Source of the DNA: an uncultured candidatus Porisulfidus sp. | GTDB taxonomy: Bacteria; Pseudomonadota; Gammaproteobacteria; Poriferisulfidales; Poriferisulfidaceae | DNA length: 64,000 nucleotides | Direction of reading: 5' to 3' | Assembly: GCA_965199755.1 (NCBI GenBank) | Contig: CBDASZ010000001.1 | Coordinates: forward strand, 224,001 to 288,000 | Part shown: positions 51,139 through 60,978 of the stretch, piece by piece | How the letters are laid out: the number at the start of each line of letters is the position of its first letter | Numbering within the stretch: the first letter of the stretch is position 1 | The notes under the pieces: generated by a model | Databases searched by the model: none | Seen by the model: only the letters and a program-made list of their open reading frames with translations | What the model was told of the DNA's origin: nothing | Program-made: the position numbers and the translations under genes

Positions 51139-51793
51139 CAAGACGCTTGGTTTGAGTGAGACCCTCCGGGAGTATCTGCTGGAGGTCTCGGTACAGGAAG
51201 ATCCGAGTGCGCGGGCTTTGCGCGAGCATACCGCCACCTTGCCGGAGCATTACATGCAGATCAGCGCGGAGCAGGGGCAATTCTTTCGTGTGCTGATTCA
51301 GTTGATTCAGGCGAGGCGCATCATTGAGGTGGGCACCTATACCGGTTACAGCGCCTTGTGCATGGCGCAGGCGGCCGGCCCGGACGGGCGGTTGGTCTGC
51401 TGTGACATCAGTACGGAGTGGACCGATATCGCTCAGGAGTACTGGACGCGCGCCGGGGTGCGCGAGCGCATTGATTTGCGCATTGCGCCAGCACTTGAGA
51501 CCTTGGCGCAGTTGCGCGCGGACGGTGAGCCAGAGGCCTTTGATTTCGCGTTTATTGACGCCGACAAGGAAAACTATGACGCTTACTTCGAGTATCTGCT
51601 GCCGCTGATGCGTCGCGGCGGGCTGATTGCAGTGGACAATACCTTGTGGTCCGGGCGGGTCGCGGATCCGGCTGAGCAGGAAGTCGATACGATGGCCATT
51701 CGCGCGTTCAACCGCAAGTTGGCGCAGGATTCGCGGGTGCTGATCTCATTGATTCCGATCAGTGACGGCGTAACCTTAGCGATCAAGCAGTGA
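51131..51793 (+). CDS. Class I SAM-dependent O-methyltransferase (CCoAOMT-like)
   Basis: MQISAEQG, EVGTYTGYS, FIDADKENY, VDNTLW. Confidence 0.9.
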   Translation: MSDKTLGLSETLREYLLEVSVQEDPSARALREHTATLPEHYMQISAEQGQFFRVLIQLIQARRIIEVGTYTGYSALCMAQAAGPDGRLVCCDISTEWTDIAQEYWTRAGVRERIDLRIAPALETLAQLRADGEPEAFDFAFIDADKENYDAYFEYLLPLMRRGGLIAVDNTLWSGRVADPAEQEVDTMAIRAFNRKLAQDSRVLISLIPISDGVTLAIKQ

Positions 51794-51829
51794 TCTGACA
51801 TAGAATAGAGCGACACTCACGTTATTGGC

Positions 51830-53482
51830 ATGAAAACTTCCGACCTGTTCGTTCGCTGCCTCGAACTTGAAGGCATTGAATATGTGTTTGGCGTTCCCGG
51901 TGAGGAGAACGCCGACTTCGTGATGTCTTTGGAGCAGTCGGACAAGATTCGCTTTATTCTGACCCGGCATGAGCAAGGCGCGGCGTTCATGGCGGAAGCC
52001 TACGGCCGCTTGACCGGCCAGCCGGCGGGGTGTCTCGGCACGCTGGGGCCGGGCGCGACCAATCTGCTGACGGGTGTCGCCAACGCCAATATGGATCACT
52101 CGCCGCTGCTGGTGCTGACCGGGCAGGGTTCCACCGCCCGCATCCACAAGGAGTCGCATCAGATTATGGATGCGATCGGGATGTTTCGGCCGATCACCAA
52201 ATGGACCACCAGCATCATTCAGCCCTCAGCGCTGCCGGAGATTGTTCGCAAGGCGGTGCGCATTGCGCGCAGTGAGAAGCCCGGTGCCGTGCATCTGGAG
52301 TTGCCGGAAGATATTGCCAAGCGTGACACTGATGTCGAGCCGATTGACCCAGTGCGGTTTCGCCGCCCGGTACCGGCGGCGGAACAGGTGGATAAGGCTT
52401 TTGACATGCTGGCGCGGGCGAGTCGCCCGGTGATTCTGGCGGGCAACGGTTGCATCCGCATTCGGGCCAGCCAGCAGTTGCGCATGTTCTGCGAGACTAC
52501 CGGGGCGGGCGTGATGAGCACCTTCATGGCGAAAGGCTGTGTGGATATGGACGAAGACTACTGCCTGTTCACCATTGGATTGGGAGCCAAGGATCTGGTG
52601 ACGTGCGCGATCGATGCGGCGGATGTGGTGTTGACGCTGGGCTACGACATGGTGGAATACCACCCGCACTTGTGGAACCCGGATGGCACCAAGACCATTA
52701 TTCACGCGGATTATGAACCGGCGGAAATTGACTTCCACTACCACCCTGATGTGGAACTGGTCGGCGATCTGGCGCAGACGCTGGCGATGCTCAATGAGCG
52801 GGCGCGCGAGCATGGCAGCATGGGTTGGGACCTGGATCAACAGTTGTGGGTGCGCAATGGCATGCTCGAAGAGCTGGCTCAGTACAAGGACGATGATGCG
52901 ACAGGTGCGCTGAAGCCGCAGAAGGTGCTGTGGGACGTGCGCGAGGTGATGGGGCCGGAGGATGTGCTGCTGTCCGATGTGGGCGCGCACAAGATGTGGA
53001 TCGCGCGTCATTACCCCTGTCACGAACCGAACACCTGCCTGATTCCGAACGGCTTCTGCTCAATGGGGTTCGCGCTGCCGGGCTCAATTGCCGCGCACCT
53101 GGTGCATCCGAGTCGCCACATTCTGGCGATCTGCGGTGACGGCGGGTTCATGATGAATGTGCAGGAGATGGAAACGGCGAAACGGCTGAATGCCGACATC
53201 ACGGTGATGATCTGGGAGGATGGCGGCTATGGACTGATTTCCTGGAAGCAGGAGCAGGAGTTCAAGCACCACACGGTGCTGGAGTTCGGCAATCCGGACT
53301 GGATGCAACTGGCGGCCGCCTTCGGCTGGCATGGACATCATGTCACTGAAAGCCAGCAATTGCTGCCGACGCTGCGCACCGCACTCGAAGAATCCGGGCC
53401 CTCGCTGATCGTGGTGCCGATTGATTACGAAGAGAACATGCGTCTGACCAAGCACTTGGGCGAGATCGTCTGTCGCATTTAG
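51830..53482 (+). CDS. ThDP-dependent acetolactate synthase-like large subunit
   Basis: FGVPGEEN, RHEQGAAFMA, TLGPGATN, GDGGFMMN; no adjacent small subunit. Confidence 0.88.
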   Translation: MKTSDLFVRCLELEGIEYVFGVPGEENADFVMSLEQSDKIRFILTRHEQGAAFMAEAYGRLTGQPAGCLGTLGPGATNLLTGVANANMDHSPLLVLTGQGSTARIHKESHQIMDAIGMFRPITKWTTSIIQPSALPEIVRKAVRIARSEKPGAVHLELPEDIAKRDTDVEPIDPVRFRRPVPAAEQVDKAFDMLARASRPVILAGNGCIRIRASQQLRMFCETTGAGVMSTFMAKGCVDMDEDYCLFTIGLGAKDLVTCAIDAADVVLTLGYDMVEYHPHLWNPDGTKTIIHADYEPAEIDFHYHPDVELVGDLAQTLAMLNERAREHGSMGWDLDQQLWVRNGMLEELAQYKDDDATGALKPQKVLWDVREVMGPEDVLLSDVGAHKMWIARHYPCHEPNTCLIPNGFCSMGFALPGSIAAHLVHPSRHILAICGDGGFMMNVQEMETAKRLNADITVMIWEDGGYGLISWKQEQEFKHHTVLEFGNPDWMQLAAAFGWHGHHVTESQQLLPTLRTALEESGPSLIVVPIDYEENMRLTKHLGEIVCRI

Positions 53483-53488
53483 GGGGAG

Positions 53489-53564
53489 TGGTGCCCCCAG
53501 GTGGGCTCGAACCACCAGTCCGGGATTAGGAATCCCGTGGTTTATCCAGTTAACCGATGGGGGC
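53489..53564 (-). tRNA. tRNA-Arg (anticodon CCT)
   Basis: Reverse complement GCCCCCA...CGGGA-TTCCTAA-TCCCG...GTTCGAG...TGGGGGCACCA forms a cloverleaf. Confidence 0.92.
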
Positions 53565-53597
53565 GTATCCGCAGAATCTGTTGTGACGCCGCAGGCG

Positions 53598-53672
53598 TGG
53601 TGGGCGATGCTGGGATTGAACCAGCGACCTCTGCCGTGTGAAGGCAGCGCTCTCCCGCTGAGCTAATCGCCC
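53598..53672 (-). tRNA. tRNA-Val (anticodon CAC)
   Basis: Reverse complement GGGCGATTAGCTCAGCGGGAGAGC..CTGCC-TTCACAC-GGCAG..GTTCAAT..TCGCCCACCA. Confidence 0.95.
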
Positions 53673-54045
53673 TGCCGCACAGTCTAGCAAAATTGGGGGT
53701 CGGAGCACCGGTTCAACTTCAGCCCGTTTGCGGAAATCCCATCCCTGTCACGCTTAATCGGGTGTGACATCAAGGCAATACATCGGCTACACGTGTAAGT
53801 TCATTTCCGTATAATCGCCCGCCCAAGCAAAGTCATGTCCGCAGTTGCGCGCGAGAGTTAGGTGGCGCTTGGGATGCTGTCTCCATTTAATTTAATGAGG
53901 GGTGTGGGGGTGGTGCCTGTGTGGCGCTGCGCGGATCAATCTGAATCTGCAGTGGTAGGGCACGATTGACAAGACCCCCTCCATAGCTCCCGGCATTCCG
54001 GGTGTGCAACAAGATCTTGGTATTTGGCGTGTTAGAATTTTCGCC

Positions 54046-54423
54046 ATGGATTCAGTCACCGCACCTGTGATGCGTCGTACACTATTCACCCTGACCTTGA
54101 TGGGAGCCATTGTGTCTTCTCTGGCACAGGCCGATGACGCAGGCAGCAGCGCGGCGGTTGAGGTGGGACGTGAGATCGCCTTCGATGTCAAGAAGGGCAA
54201 CTGCCTGTCCTGTCATGTAATCCCCGGAGGAGAGTCACCGGGCAGCATCTCCGTGGCGCTGGTGGCTATGAAAACTCGGTTCCCGGACAAACAGGTGTTG
54301 CGTGCCAATGTCTGGGATCAGACTCAATTTCGCCCACATGCCATGATGCCGCCGTTCGGCAAGCACGGCATCTTGACGGAAGAAGATATTGACAATATTG
54401 TAGAGTTCCTCTACACCCTGTAA
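54046..54423 (+). CDS. soxX: Sulfur oxidation cytochrome SoxX
   Basis: KGNCLSCH, MMPPFGKHGIL; first gene of the sox cluster. Confidence 0.93.
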   Translation: MDSVTAPVMRRTLFTLTLMGAIVSSLAQADDAGSSAAVEVGREIAFDVKKGNCLSCHVIPGGESPGSISVALVAMKTRFPDKQVLRANVWDQTQFRPHAMMPPFGKHGILTEEDIDNIVEFLYTL

Positions 54424-54433
54424 CATTGGAGCC

Positions 54434-54874
54434 ATGCTTATGAATCTGAATCGCAGAACTTTTATCGCAGCGGGATTGGGCGTGCTGTGCGCGCCGGTGC
54501 TGGTGCGAGCGTGGCCGCAAAAGGCGTTTGAGGCTGAAAAGGCTGACGAGGTGCTGGCGGAACTGGTAAAAAACACACCGGAACACAGCGACGCGATCAC
54601 CATCACCGCACCCGACATTGCGGAGAATGGCGCAGTGGTCCCGATATCGGTTTCAACCAGTCATGAAGAGGTCACCCGGATCAGCATTCTGGTGGAGAGC
54701 AATCCGCTGCCGTTGACCTCAAGTTACGAGTTGAGCGCAAATGCCGTGCCTTACGTTTCTACCCGCGTGAAAATGCTCAAGACATCAAACGTGGTCGCGC
54801 TCGTGGATGCGGGCGGCAAGACCTATACCGAAAGCCGTGAAATCAAGGTCACGATAGGTGGCTGCGGCGGCTAA
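54434..54874 (+). CDS. soxY: Sulfur carrier SoxY
   Basis: Tat motif RRTFI, APDIAENGAVVP, C-terminal VTIGGCGG. Confidence 0.97.
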   Translation: MLMNLNRRTFIAAGLGVLCAPVLVRAWPQKAFEAEKADEVLAELVKNTPEHSDAITITAPDIAENGAVVPISVSTSHEEVTRISILVESNPLPLTSSYELSANAVPYVSTRVKMLKTSNVVALVDAGGKTYTESREIKVTIGGCGG

Positions 54875-54903
54875 ACAACAACCAGTCACAAGGAGTCGAT
54901 ACG

Positions 54904-55212
54904 ATGGCAAAAACAATGCGCGTGCGGGCCAAGGAAAAGGACGGCATCGTGACCGTCAAGGCCCTCATAACCCACCCGATGGAAACCGGCCTGCGCAAGG
55001 ACAGCGACGGCGAGATCATTCCGGCGCACTTCATCAAGGAAGTCACCGCTACCGTCGGTGACAAGACGGTGTTCACGGCGAACTGGGGCACTGGGGTGTC
55101 GAAGAACCCGTATTTGTCGTTCAAATATCGAGGTTCAAGCGGTGACGTACTGACCCTGAGTTGGACCGACAACAAGGATGAATCTGACTCAATTGAGGCG
55201 ACCGTCAAGTGA
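54904..55212 (+). CDS. soxZ: SoxZ
   Basis: HPMETGLRKD..G..IPAHFI, VSKNPY. Confidence 0.97.
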   Translation: MAKTMRVRAKEKDGIVTVKALITHPMETGLRKDSDGEIIPAHFIKEVTATVGDKTVFTANWGTGVSKNPYLSFKYRGSSGDVLTLSWTDNKDESDSIEATVK

Positions 55213-56057
55213 CAACACGCCTCGCCATAGCCGGTGTGCTGGCGGCGGCCTTGACAGCCGCGGCGACGCTCGGCGTGAGCGCGGACGCCATTGATCCGCA
55301 AAAGGATCTGGAGAAGATACACGGCTTCTTCAAGGAAAAATTCCCGTCCCTTCCTTGGGAGGAGTTTGCAAATGGCTCCTACGCGCTGGATCCGTCCTGG
55401 CGTGCCAACTGGGAATTAATCGAAGAGTTCCCGCCGTATGAAGTCGCCATTTCAGCCGGTGAGGAAATGTGGAACATCCCGTTCGCCAACGGCAAGACTT
55501 ACGCCGACTGTTTCGGCGAGCCGGGCGTGCAGCATCACTATCCGCGCTGGGACAGCGAACAGGGCCAAGTGGTCACATTGGCGCTGGCCATCAACCAGTG
55601 CCGCGAGGCGAACGGCGAGGATCTTTTGCAATACAAGAACGGCGCGATCGTAGACATTCTGGCCTATATGGCCTACGAGTCCCGTGGTCAGATCATCAAT
55701 GTGGTGGTGCCGAAAGACGCCCCTGGCGCACTGGAAGCCTACCAAAAGGGTCGCGAGTTCTACTTCACGCGCCGCGGCCAGTTGAATTTCGCTTGTGCCC
55801 ACTGCCATTTCAGCATGGCTGGGCGCAAGCTGCGCACGGAATCTCTTTCTCCGGCCCTCGGACAAGCGACGGGCTGGCCGGTGTACCGCTCCAAATGGGG
55901 TGCCATCGGTACTCTGCATCGCCGCTACACTGGCTGCAACAAACAGGTGCGCGCCAAACCATTTGAGGCGCAGGGCGAAGAGTACCGCAATCTTGAGTAC
56001 TTCCACACGCACATGAGCAATGGGCTGCCTCTGAATGGCCCGGCCGCGAGGAAGTAG
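55209..56057 (+). CDS. soxA: Monoheme SoxA
   Basis: TRRGQLNFACAHCH, WPVYRSKW, GCNKQVRA; first heme site degenerate (YADCF). Confidence 0.96.
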   Translation: MTTRLAIAGVLAAALTAAATLGVSADAIDPQKDLEKIHGFFKEKFPSLPWEEFANGSYALDPSWRANWELIEEFPPYEVAISAGEEMWNIPFANGKTYADCFGEPGVQHHYPRWDSEQGQVVTLALAINQCREANGEDLLQYKNGAIVDILAYMAYESRGQIINVVVPKDAPGALEAYQKGREFYFTRRGQLNFACAHCHFSMAGRKLRTESLSPALGQATGWPVYRSKWGAIGTLHRRYTGCNKQVRAKPFEAQGEEYRNLEYFHTHMSNGLPLNGPAARK

Positions 56058-56061
56058 TCAA

Positions 56062-56382
56062 ATGAGACTACGCTATCTGCACTCCGCTCTGATCGCTCTG
56101 GCGTTGTGCGGTATCGTGCCGGGTGCGCTTCAGGCGGCGGATCAGGAAAGTTTTGATGATGCGCTTGCGGTGGCGCTGGCTGCGCAGGAGAAAGCCGCGT
56201 CCGTCAGTGGTGAGTGGCGCGATGTTGGCCAGTTCCTCAAGGATGCTCAGGAGAAAGCGGCCGCGGGTGATTTTGCTGGTGCCATCGCCCTAGCGAAGAA
56301 GGCCGAGCATCAATCCTTGCGAGGCTATGAGCAGATGACCTCGCAAGCCGGAAAGGTCGGTCTGGACCCCTACCTGCAATAA
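56062..56382 (+). CDS. soxK: SoxAX-binding protein SoxK
   Basis: Signal peptide, GEWRD motif, position between soxA and soxB. Confidence 0.82.
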   Translation: MRLRYLHSALIALALCGIVPGALQAADQESFDDALAVALAAQEKAASVSGEWRDVGQFLKDAQEKAAAGDFAGAIALAKKAEHQSLRGYEQMTSQAGKVGLDPYLQ

Positions 56383-56396
56383 GCCACAGGCCGAAC

Positions 56397-58139
56397 ATGA
56401 GCCTGAGCCGACGCGAATTCCTGTCGGTGATGATGGCCGCCTCAGCGGCCGGCATGTTGCCGCACCGTGGTGCACTGGCCGCGGATTCCCTCTACGATCT
56501 CCCGCCCTTCGGCGATGTGCGTTTGCTGCATTTCACTGATTGTCATGCGCAACTGCTGCCAGTTTATTTCCGCGAACCGAGCACCAATCTGGGCGTGGGC
56601 GCGGCGTTCGGGCGTCCGCCGCATCTGGTCGGTCAGGCTTTCCTGGAGCACTTTGGAGTCACGCCCGGAACGCCGGAAGCGTATGCGCTGACGCATTTGG
56701 ATTTCTCCGAAATGGCGCGCCGGTACGGAAAACTTGGAGGATTCGCGCATTTGACGACACTGGTGCGTCGACTGCGTGAAGAAGTCGGTGAGGGGCGCAG
56801 CCTGCTGCTCGACGGCGGTGATACCTGGCAAGGCTCCGCCACCTCCTTGTGGACGCGCGGCTCGGATATGGTGGAAGCCTGCAACCGTTTGGGTGTGGAC
56901 GTTATGACCGGACACTGGGAGTTCACTTATGGTGAGGAGTCCGTGCGCAAGAATATCGAGCAGTCTCAGGCCGCGTTCGTCGCGCAAAATGTCCGCCTGA
57001 CAGAAGAGGCGTTGTTTGACGAACAACCGGCTTACGATGAGGAGACCGGACATGCGTTCGCGCCATACACCTTGCGCGAATGCGCGGGTCACCAGATCGC
57101 GGTGATCGGACAAGCCTTTCCATACACGCCGGTCGCGAATCCGGGTCGCTTTGTGCCGAACTGGAGCTACGGCATTCAGGAGGCGGCGCTGCAGGCGCTC
57201 ATTGAGACCATTCAGGTACAGCACAACCCGGCCTTGATTGTGCTGTTGTCGCACAACGGCATGGACGTGGATCTCAAGTTAGCGTCTCGCGTATCGGGGC
57301 TGGACGCGATCTTCGGTGGGCACACGCACGACGGGGTGCCTGAGGCGATCGAAGTCGCCAACCCCGGTGGCATGACGCTGGTGACCAATGCGGGATCCAA
57401 CGGCAAGTTTTTGGGCGTCATGGATATTGAGTTGCGCAACGGTCGCCGCGCCGGCGTGCGGTATCGACTGCTGCCTGTGTTCTCTTCCCTGTTGCCGGCA
57501 GACCCGGAAATGCGTGACTGGATTGAGGAGGTACGTGCGCCGTATCTGGACAAACTGAGCCAGCCGTTGTCGGTGGCTGGTCAGACCCTGTACCGCCGTG
57601 GCAATTTCAATGGCAGTTTCGATCAGGTGATCTGCGAGGCCTTGCTGGAGCACTATGACGCGGAGATCGCGCTGTCGCCCGGATTCCGGTGGGGTCCCAG
57701 CGTGCTGCCGGGAGATGTGCTGACCGTGGAAGACGTTATGGCGCAGACCGCGATCACGTACCCTGAGACCTATATGAACGAAATGAGCGGTGAGATGATC
57801 AAGTTAATTCTTGAGGATGTCGCCGATAATCTGTTCAATCCAGACCCGTATCAGCAGCAGGGCGGTGATATGGTGCGTACTGCGGGGCTGGAATACAGTC
57901 TGGACGCCACGGCGGACATTGGGAATCGGGTTCGGGATTTGCGCCTGCGCGGCGGTGAGCCAATATCTGACACGCGTCAGTACAAAGTGACTGGCTGGGG
58001 TGTGGTCGGACAGGTGGCACCTGGCCCGCCGGTGTGGGAGATCGTCACCGACTGGCTAAAAGGGCGCGAGGAGGTCAACCTTCTGCACCTGCACACTCCG
58101 CGTCTGCTGAACTTGCGCGACAATCCGGGAATCGGGTGA
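56397..58139 (+). CDS. soxB: Thiosulfohydrolase SoxB
   Basis: Tat SRREFL, TDCHAQL, DGGDTWQGS, GHWEFT, GGHTHD, QGGDMVR. Confidence 0.97.
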   Translation: MSLSRREFLSVMMAASAAGMLPHRGALAADSLYDLPPFGDVRLLHFTDCHAQLLPVYFREPSTNLGVGAAFGRPPHLVGQAFLEHFGVTPGTPEAYALTHLDFSEMARRYGKLGGFAHLTTLVRRLREEVGEGRSLLLDGGDTWQGSATSLWTRGSDMVEACNRLGVDVMTGHWEFTYGEESVRKNIEQSQAAFVAQNVRLTEEALFDEQPAYDEETGHAFAPYTLRECAGHQIAVIGQAFPYTPVANPGRFVPNWSYGIQEAALQALIETIQVQHNPALIVLLSHNGMDVDLKLASRVSGLDAIFGGHTHDGVPEAIEVANPGGMTLVTNAGSNGKFLGVMDIELRNGRRAGVRYRLLPVFSSLLPADPEMRDWIEEVRAPYLDKLSQPLSVAGQTLYRRGNFNGSFDQVICEALLEHYDAEIALSPGFRWGPSVLPGDVLTVEDVMAQTAITYPETYMNEMSGEMIKLILEDVADNLFNPDPYQQQGGDMVRTAGLEYSLDATADIGNRVRDLRLRGGEPISDTRQYKVTGWGVVGQVAPGPPVWEIVTDWLKGREEVNLLHLHTPRLLNLRDNPGIG

Positions 58140-58208
58140 ACCATATACTGCCGATCAGGTCAAAACCCAGAGGACATTCCATTCACTTCGATTCACACGG
58201 AGATTCTT

Positions 58209-58676
58209 ATGTACCGAATTCTGACCTCTTTTCTGATCCTTTTGCTAACCGGTCCAGCCGCGGCATCCAACACCGTGTCGCTCAAGTTGATGAGCGTGGA
58301 CATCGTCCACAGAATCGCACAGCACGCACTGCAACATTGCGCTAATGAAGGCTATCAGGTGAGCGTGGTTGTGGTGGGCAGAGACGCCCGTCCGCGCGCC
58401 TTGCTGCGTCATGCGCTAGCTTCTCCGGTCAGCTGCAAGATTGCGGTCAGGAAAGCCAAAACCGCAGCCAATATGCGCATCCCCAGCGCCGATCTCGACG
58501 AAGCACTGGCTCGCGCCAGCCGCAAACTGGTACGGATGCGCGGCGGCTTGCCGATTGAAGCCGGCGGGCATTTCTATGGCGGTGTTGGGGTCTCCGGTGC
58601 GACCGGTGAGATTGATGAGGCGTGTGCTCAGGCTGGTATTGACGCGGTTCTCGATGATCTGGAGTTTGAGGAATAA
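58209..58676 (+). CDS. Exported GlcG/HbpS-family heme-binding protein
   Basis: Signal peptide, VSVVVVG, KAKTA, GGLPI...GGVGVSGA..EIDEACA. Confidence 0.82.
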   Translation: MYRILTSFLILLLTGPAAASNTVSLKLMSVDIVHRIAQHALQHCANEGYQVSVVVVGRDARPRALLRHALASPVSCKIAVRKAKTAANMRIPSADLDEALARASRKLVRMRGGLPIEAGGHFYGGVGVSGATGEIDEACAQAGIDAVLDDLEFEE

Positions 58677-58682
58677 CGTGCC

Positions 58683-59717
58683 TTGAAGACATCGGCGCTC
58701 CCGTTTGTTCTGGTTGGCATTCTGATCGGAGCGTCGGGTCCTGCACTCGCGCAGGAGGAGAAGTTGTCTGCGGACATGAGCAATTCGGGCTATGTACCGC
58801 ACCCGGAGTGGTTCAAGCAGTCATTTCTGGAGTTATCTGAGGATATTGAAGAGGCGAGCGATGCCGGCCGCCATTTGATGCTGTATTTCTATCAGGACGG
58901 CTGTCCGTACTGCAAGATGTTTGTCGAGAACGGCCTGGGACAGCATGACATTGCCGCATATGTGCGCACGCATCTGGATATGGTAGCGATCAACATCTTC
59001 GGCTCGCTTGACGTCGTGGATGTGGACGGCGAAGCGTTGCCTGAGCGAGACTTCGCAATGAAAATCGGCGTAATGTTCACGCCGACGCTGGTGGCGTTTG
59101 CGCCGGACGGTTCGGTCGCGTTTCGCATCAATGGCTACTATCCGCCGCCGAAGTTTCGTGCGGCGATGCGCTTTGTCGCGGAGAAGCGCTATGCGACGGA
59201 CGAGCGCTTTGTCGAGTTTTATCGCACTGCGGACAAGCGCGCCGGAAGCGGCACCCTCCATGTGCAAAGCGCGACCATCGATGGGCCGCCTTATGACTTG
59301 TCAAATCACGACAAGCCCCTGATGGTCATGTTCGAGCAGCAGGAATGTCTGGCTTGCGACGAATTGCACGAGGATCTTCTGCGTCGGGAAGAGACGCAGG
59401 CGCTGTTGCAGTCACTGGAAGTCGCGGTGCTTGATATTCGCGTACGGGAGCCGCTGGTGACCCCCAAAGGCAAGCAGACCAATGTGCTCGACTGGGCAAG
59501 GGAGTTAGGTATTCAGGCGGTGCCGACTCAGGTGTTTTTTGACGGGGAGGTGGAAGCGATCCGCAATGAAGGCCATATCAAGGCTTTTCACATGCAATCG
59601 ATCATGGACTATGTGATCTCCGGGGACTGGCGCGAGGTGGAGAATTTTCAGCGTTGGCTGCAAGAGCGCGCGGATCATTTGCGCGAGCAGGGCGTGGACA
59701 TCGACTTGATGCAGTAG
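58683..59717 (+). CDS. soxW: SoxW-like tandem thioredoxin-fold protein
   Basis: Signal peptide; two thioredoxin domains (CPYC and CLAC); FTPT; within the sox cluster. Confidence 0.78.
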   Translation: MKTSALPFVLVGILIGASGPALAQEEKLSADMSNSGYVPHPEWFKQSFLELSEDIEEASDAGRHLMLYFYQDGCPYCKMFVENGLGQHDIAAYVRTHLDMVAINIFGSLDVVDVDGEALPERDFAMKIGVMFTPTLVAFAPDGSVAFRINGYYPPPKFRAAMRFVAEKRYATDERFVEFYRTADKRAGSGTLHVQSATIDGPPYDLSNHDKPLMVMFEQQECLACDELHEDLLRREETQALLQSLEVAVLDIRVREPLVTPKGKQTNVLDWARELGIQAVPTQVFFDGEVEAIRNEGHIKAFHMQSIMDYVISGDWREVENFQRWLQERADHLREQGVDIDLMQ

Positions 59718-59727
59718 TCGTGTCCAG

Positions 59728-60978
59728 TCAGAAACTGTAATTCAGCCGAAACTCGAAGTAACTGTCGCGGCGGATGCCGTGCATGAGAATGTCCCGTTCA
59801 TCGGCACTCAGCACGTGTAAGGATTCCGCCACGATAGACCACTGTTCGGTCATTCTCCAGTTCGCTTCCGTGGTCATAATCGTGCTTGAGTGATGGCGGT
59901 CGGTCAGAAAACTCAGATAGAACTCCGTGTCGTCAGCATCATTGAGCGCGTAACGGAAGGCGAGCAACAGGTCGTCATTAAACAGCATGGTCGCTTTGTC
60001 GCCGCGCTCGTCGTAGTTCCACTCTGCAAGCACACTGATGTCCGCGTCTGAATCAAACACGCCGTAGAAGGTGTATTCCGTGCCCAATGCCAAAGCGGCG
60101 TAATCATCCTCTTGGAGGAGCAGATTCTGCATGCCGGCGCGGTGGATGGCTTCGAGTTTGAACAGCCAGGACTCCGTGGTCATTTGCGCGTCCAGACCGT
60201 ACTGGCGGATCTGTTCGTAATGCGGCACCGCCACAAGTTCAGTCCCGCGTAAGGTCGGGCGCAGCGTCGGCTCTCTGCCGGTGCCGTCGAACACGCTGAG
60301 TCCGATATCAAAAGGCCCGGCGCTGACGCTATAACGAAACGCGAAATCCGTGTGCCATTGCTCCGCGGAACTCTCATAGGTCGGATGGTCTGAATCCACT
60401 GCCAGACCGCCGCGCAGACGGCCTTCCACGCCGCCGTAGGTGCGTTCGCGATGATGCGGCAGCACAAAAAACTCCGCTGTTCCCCACTCGCCATTGAGGT
60501 TGAGGTAAGCCATCAGTTGTCCGAGTTCGTCTTCCAGGTCCGGCTGCTCAACCTGATCCACCTGATTGATGATGTCGACCAGATGATTGGCTTCAACCAC
60601 GCCCCAGAACACGCGATCCACACCCACGCGAACCTCCCATCCCCCTTCGCCCAACTCGCCGTAGAACAGGAAATACGCCTCGCGAATATCCGCATGCGTA
60701 CGCTCCGCATCACCGCTGTCATAGCGCAGAAATGGCACAAAACTGAACTCCCAGTCATCGGTGTAGACGTCAAACTCCGGCTCCAGCACTACGCCGCTGC
60801 CGTAATTGGACTGCCGATCATCGGATGCGGGATCGTGATACCAGCGGTTCTCGATGCCGATCTTGCCGGACAGCTCCCACTCAATATCAGATTCCGCTAG
60901 CGCCTCCGATGTGCTCAATGCTCCGGCGCATACCGCTGTCAGGGTGAGCGCGATGGTCGCGACGTTCCAGACGTGCAT
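59728..60978 (-). CDS. Hypothetical outer-membrane beta-barrel protein
   Basis: Signal peptide, alternating beta-strand pattern, VFWGVVE..HLVDIINQ motif, C-terminal LNYSF. Confidence 0.75.
   Translation of the reverse strand: MHVWNVATIALTLTAVCAGALSTSEALAESDIEWELSGKIGIENRWYHDPASDDRQSNYGSGVVLEPEFDVYTDDWEFSFVPFLRYDSGDAERTHADIREAYFLFYGELGEGGWEVRVGVDRVFWGVVEANHLVDIINQVDQVEQPDLEDELGQLMAYLNLNGEWGTAEFFVLPHHRERTYGGVEGRLRGGLAVDSDHPTYESSAEQWHTDFAFRYSVSAGPFDIGLSVFDGTGREPTLRPTLRGTELVAVPHYEQIRQYGLDAQMTTESWLFKLEAIHRAGMQNLLLQEDDYAALALGTEYTFYGVFDSDADISVLAEWNYDERGDKATMLFNDDLLLAFRYALNDADDTEFYLSFLTDRHHSSTIMTTEANWRMTEQWSIVAESLHVLSADERDILMHGIRRDSYFEFRLNYSF

Noticed and set aside
50422-53564. Genomic island integrated at the tRNA-Arg 3' end (CA-OMT-ALS block)
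   Set aside because: No duplicated tRNA 3' fragment, no integrase, and host-like composition
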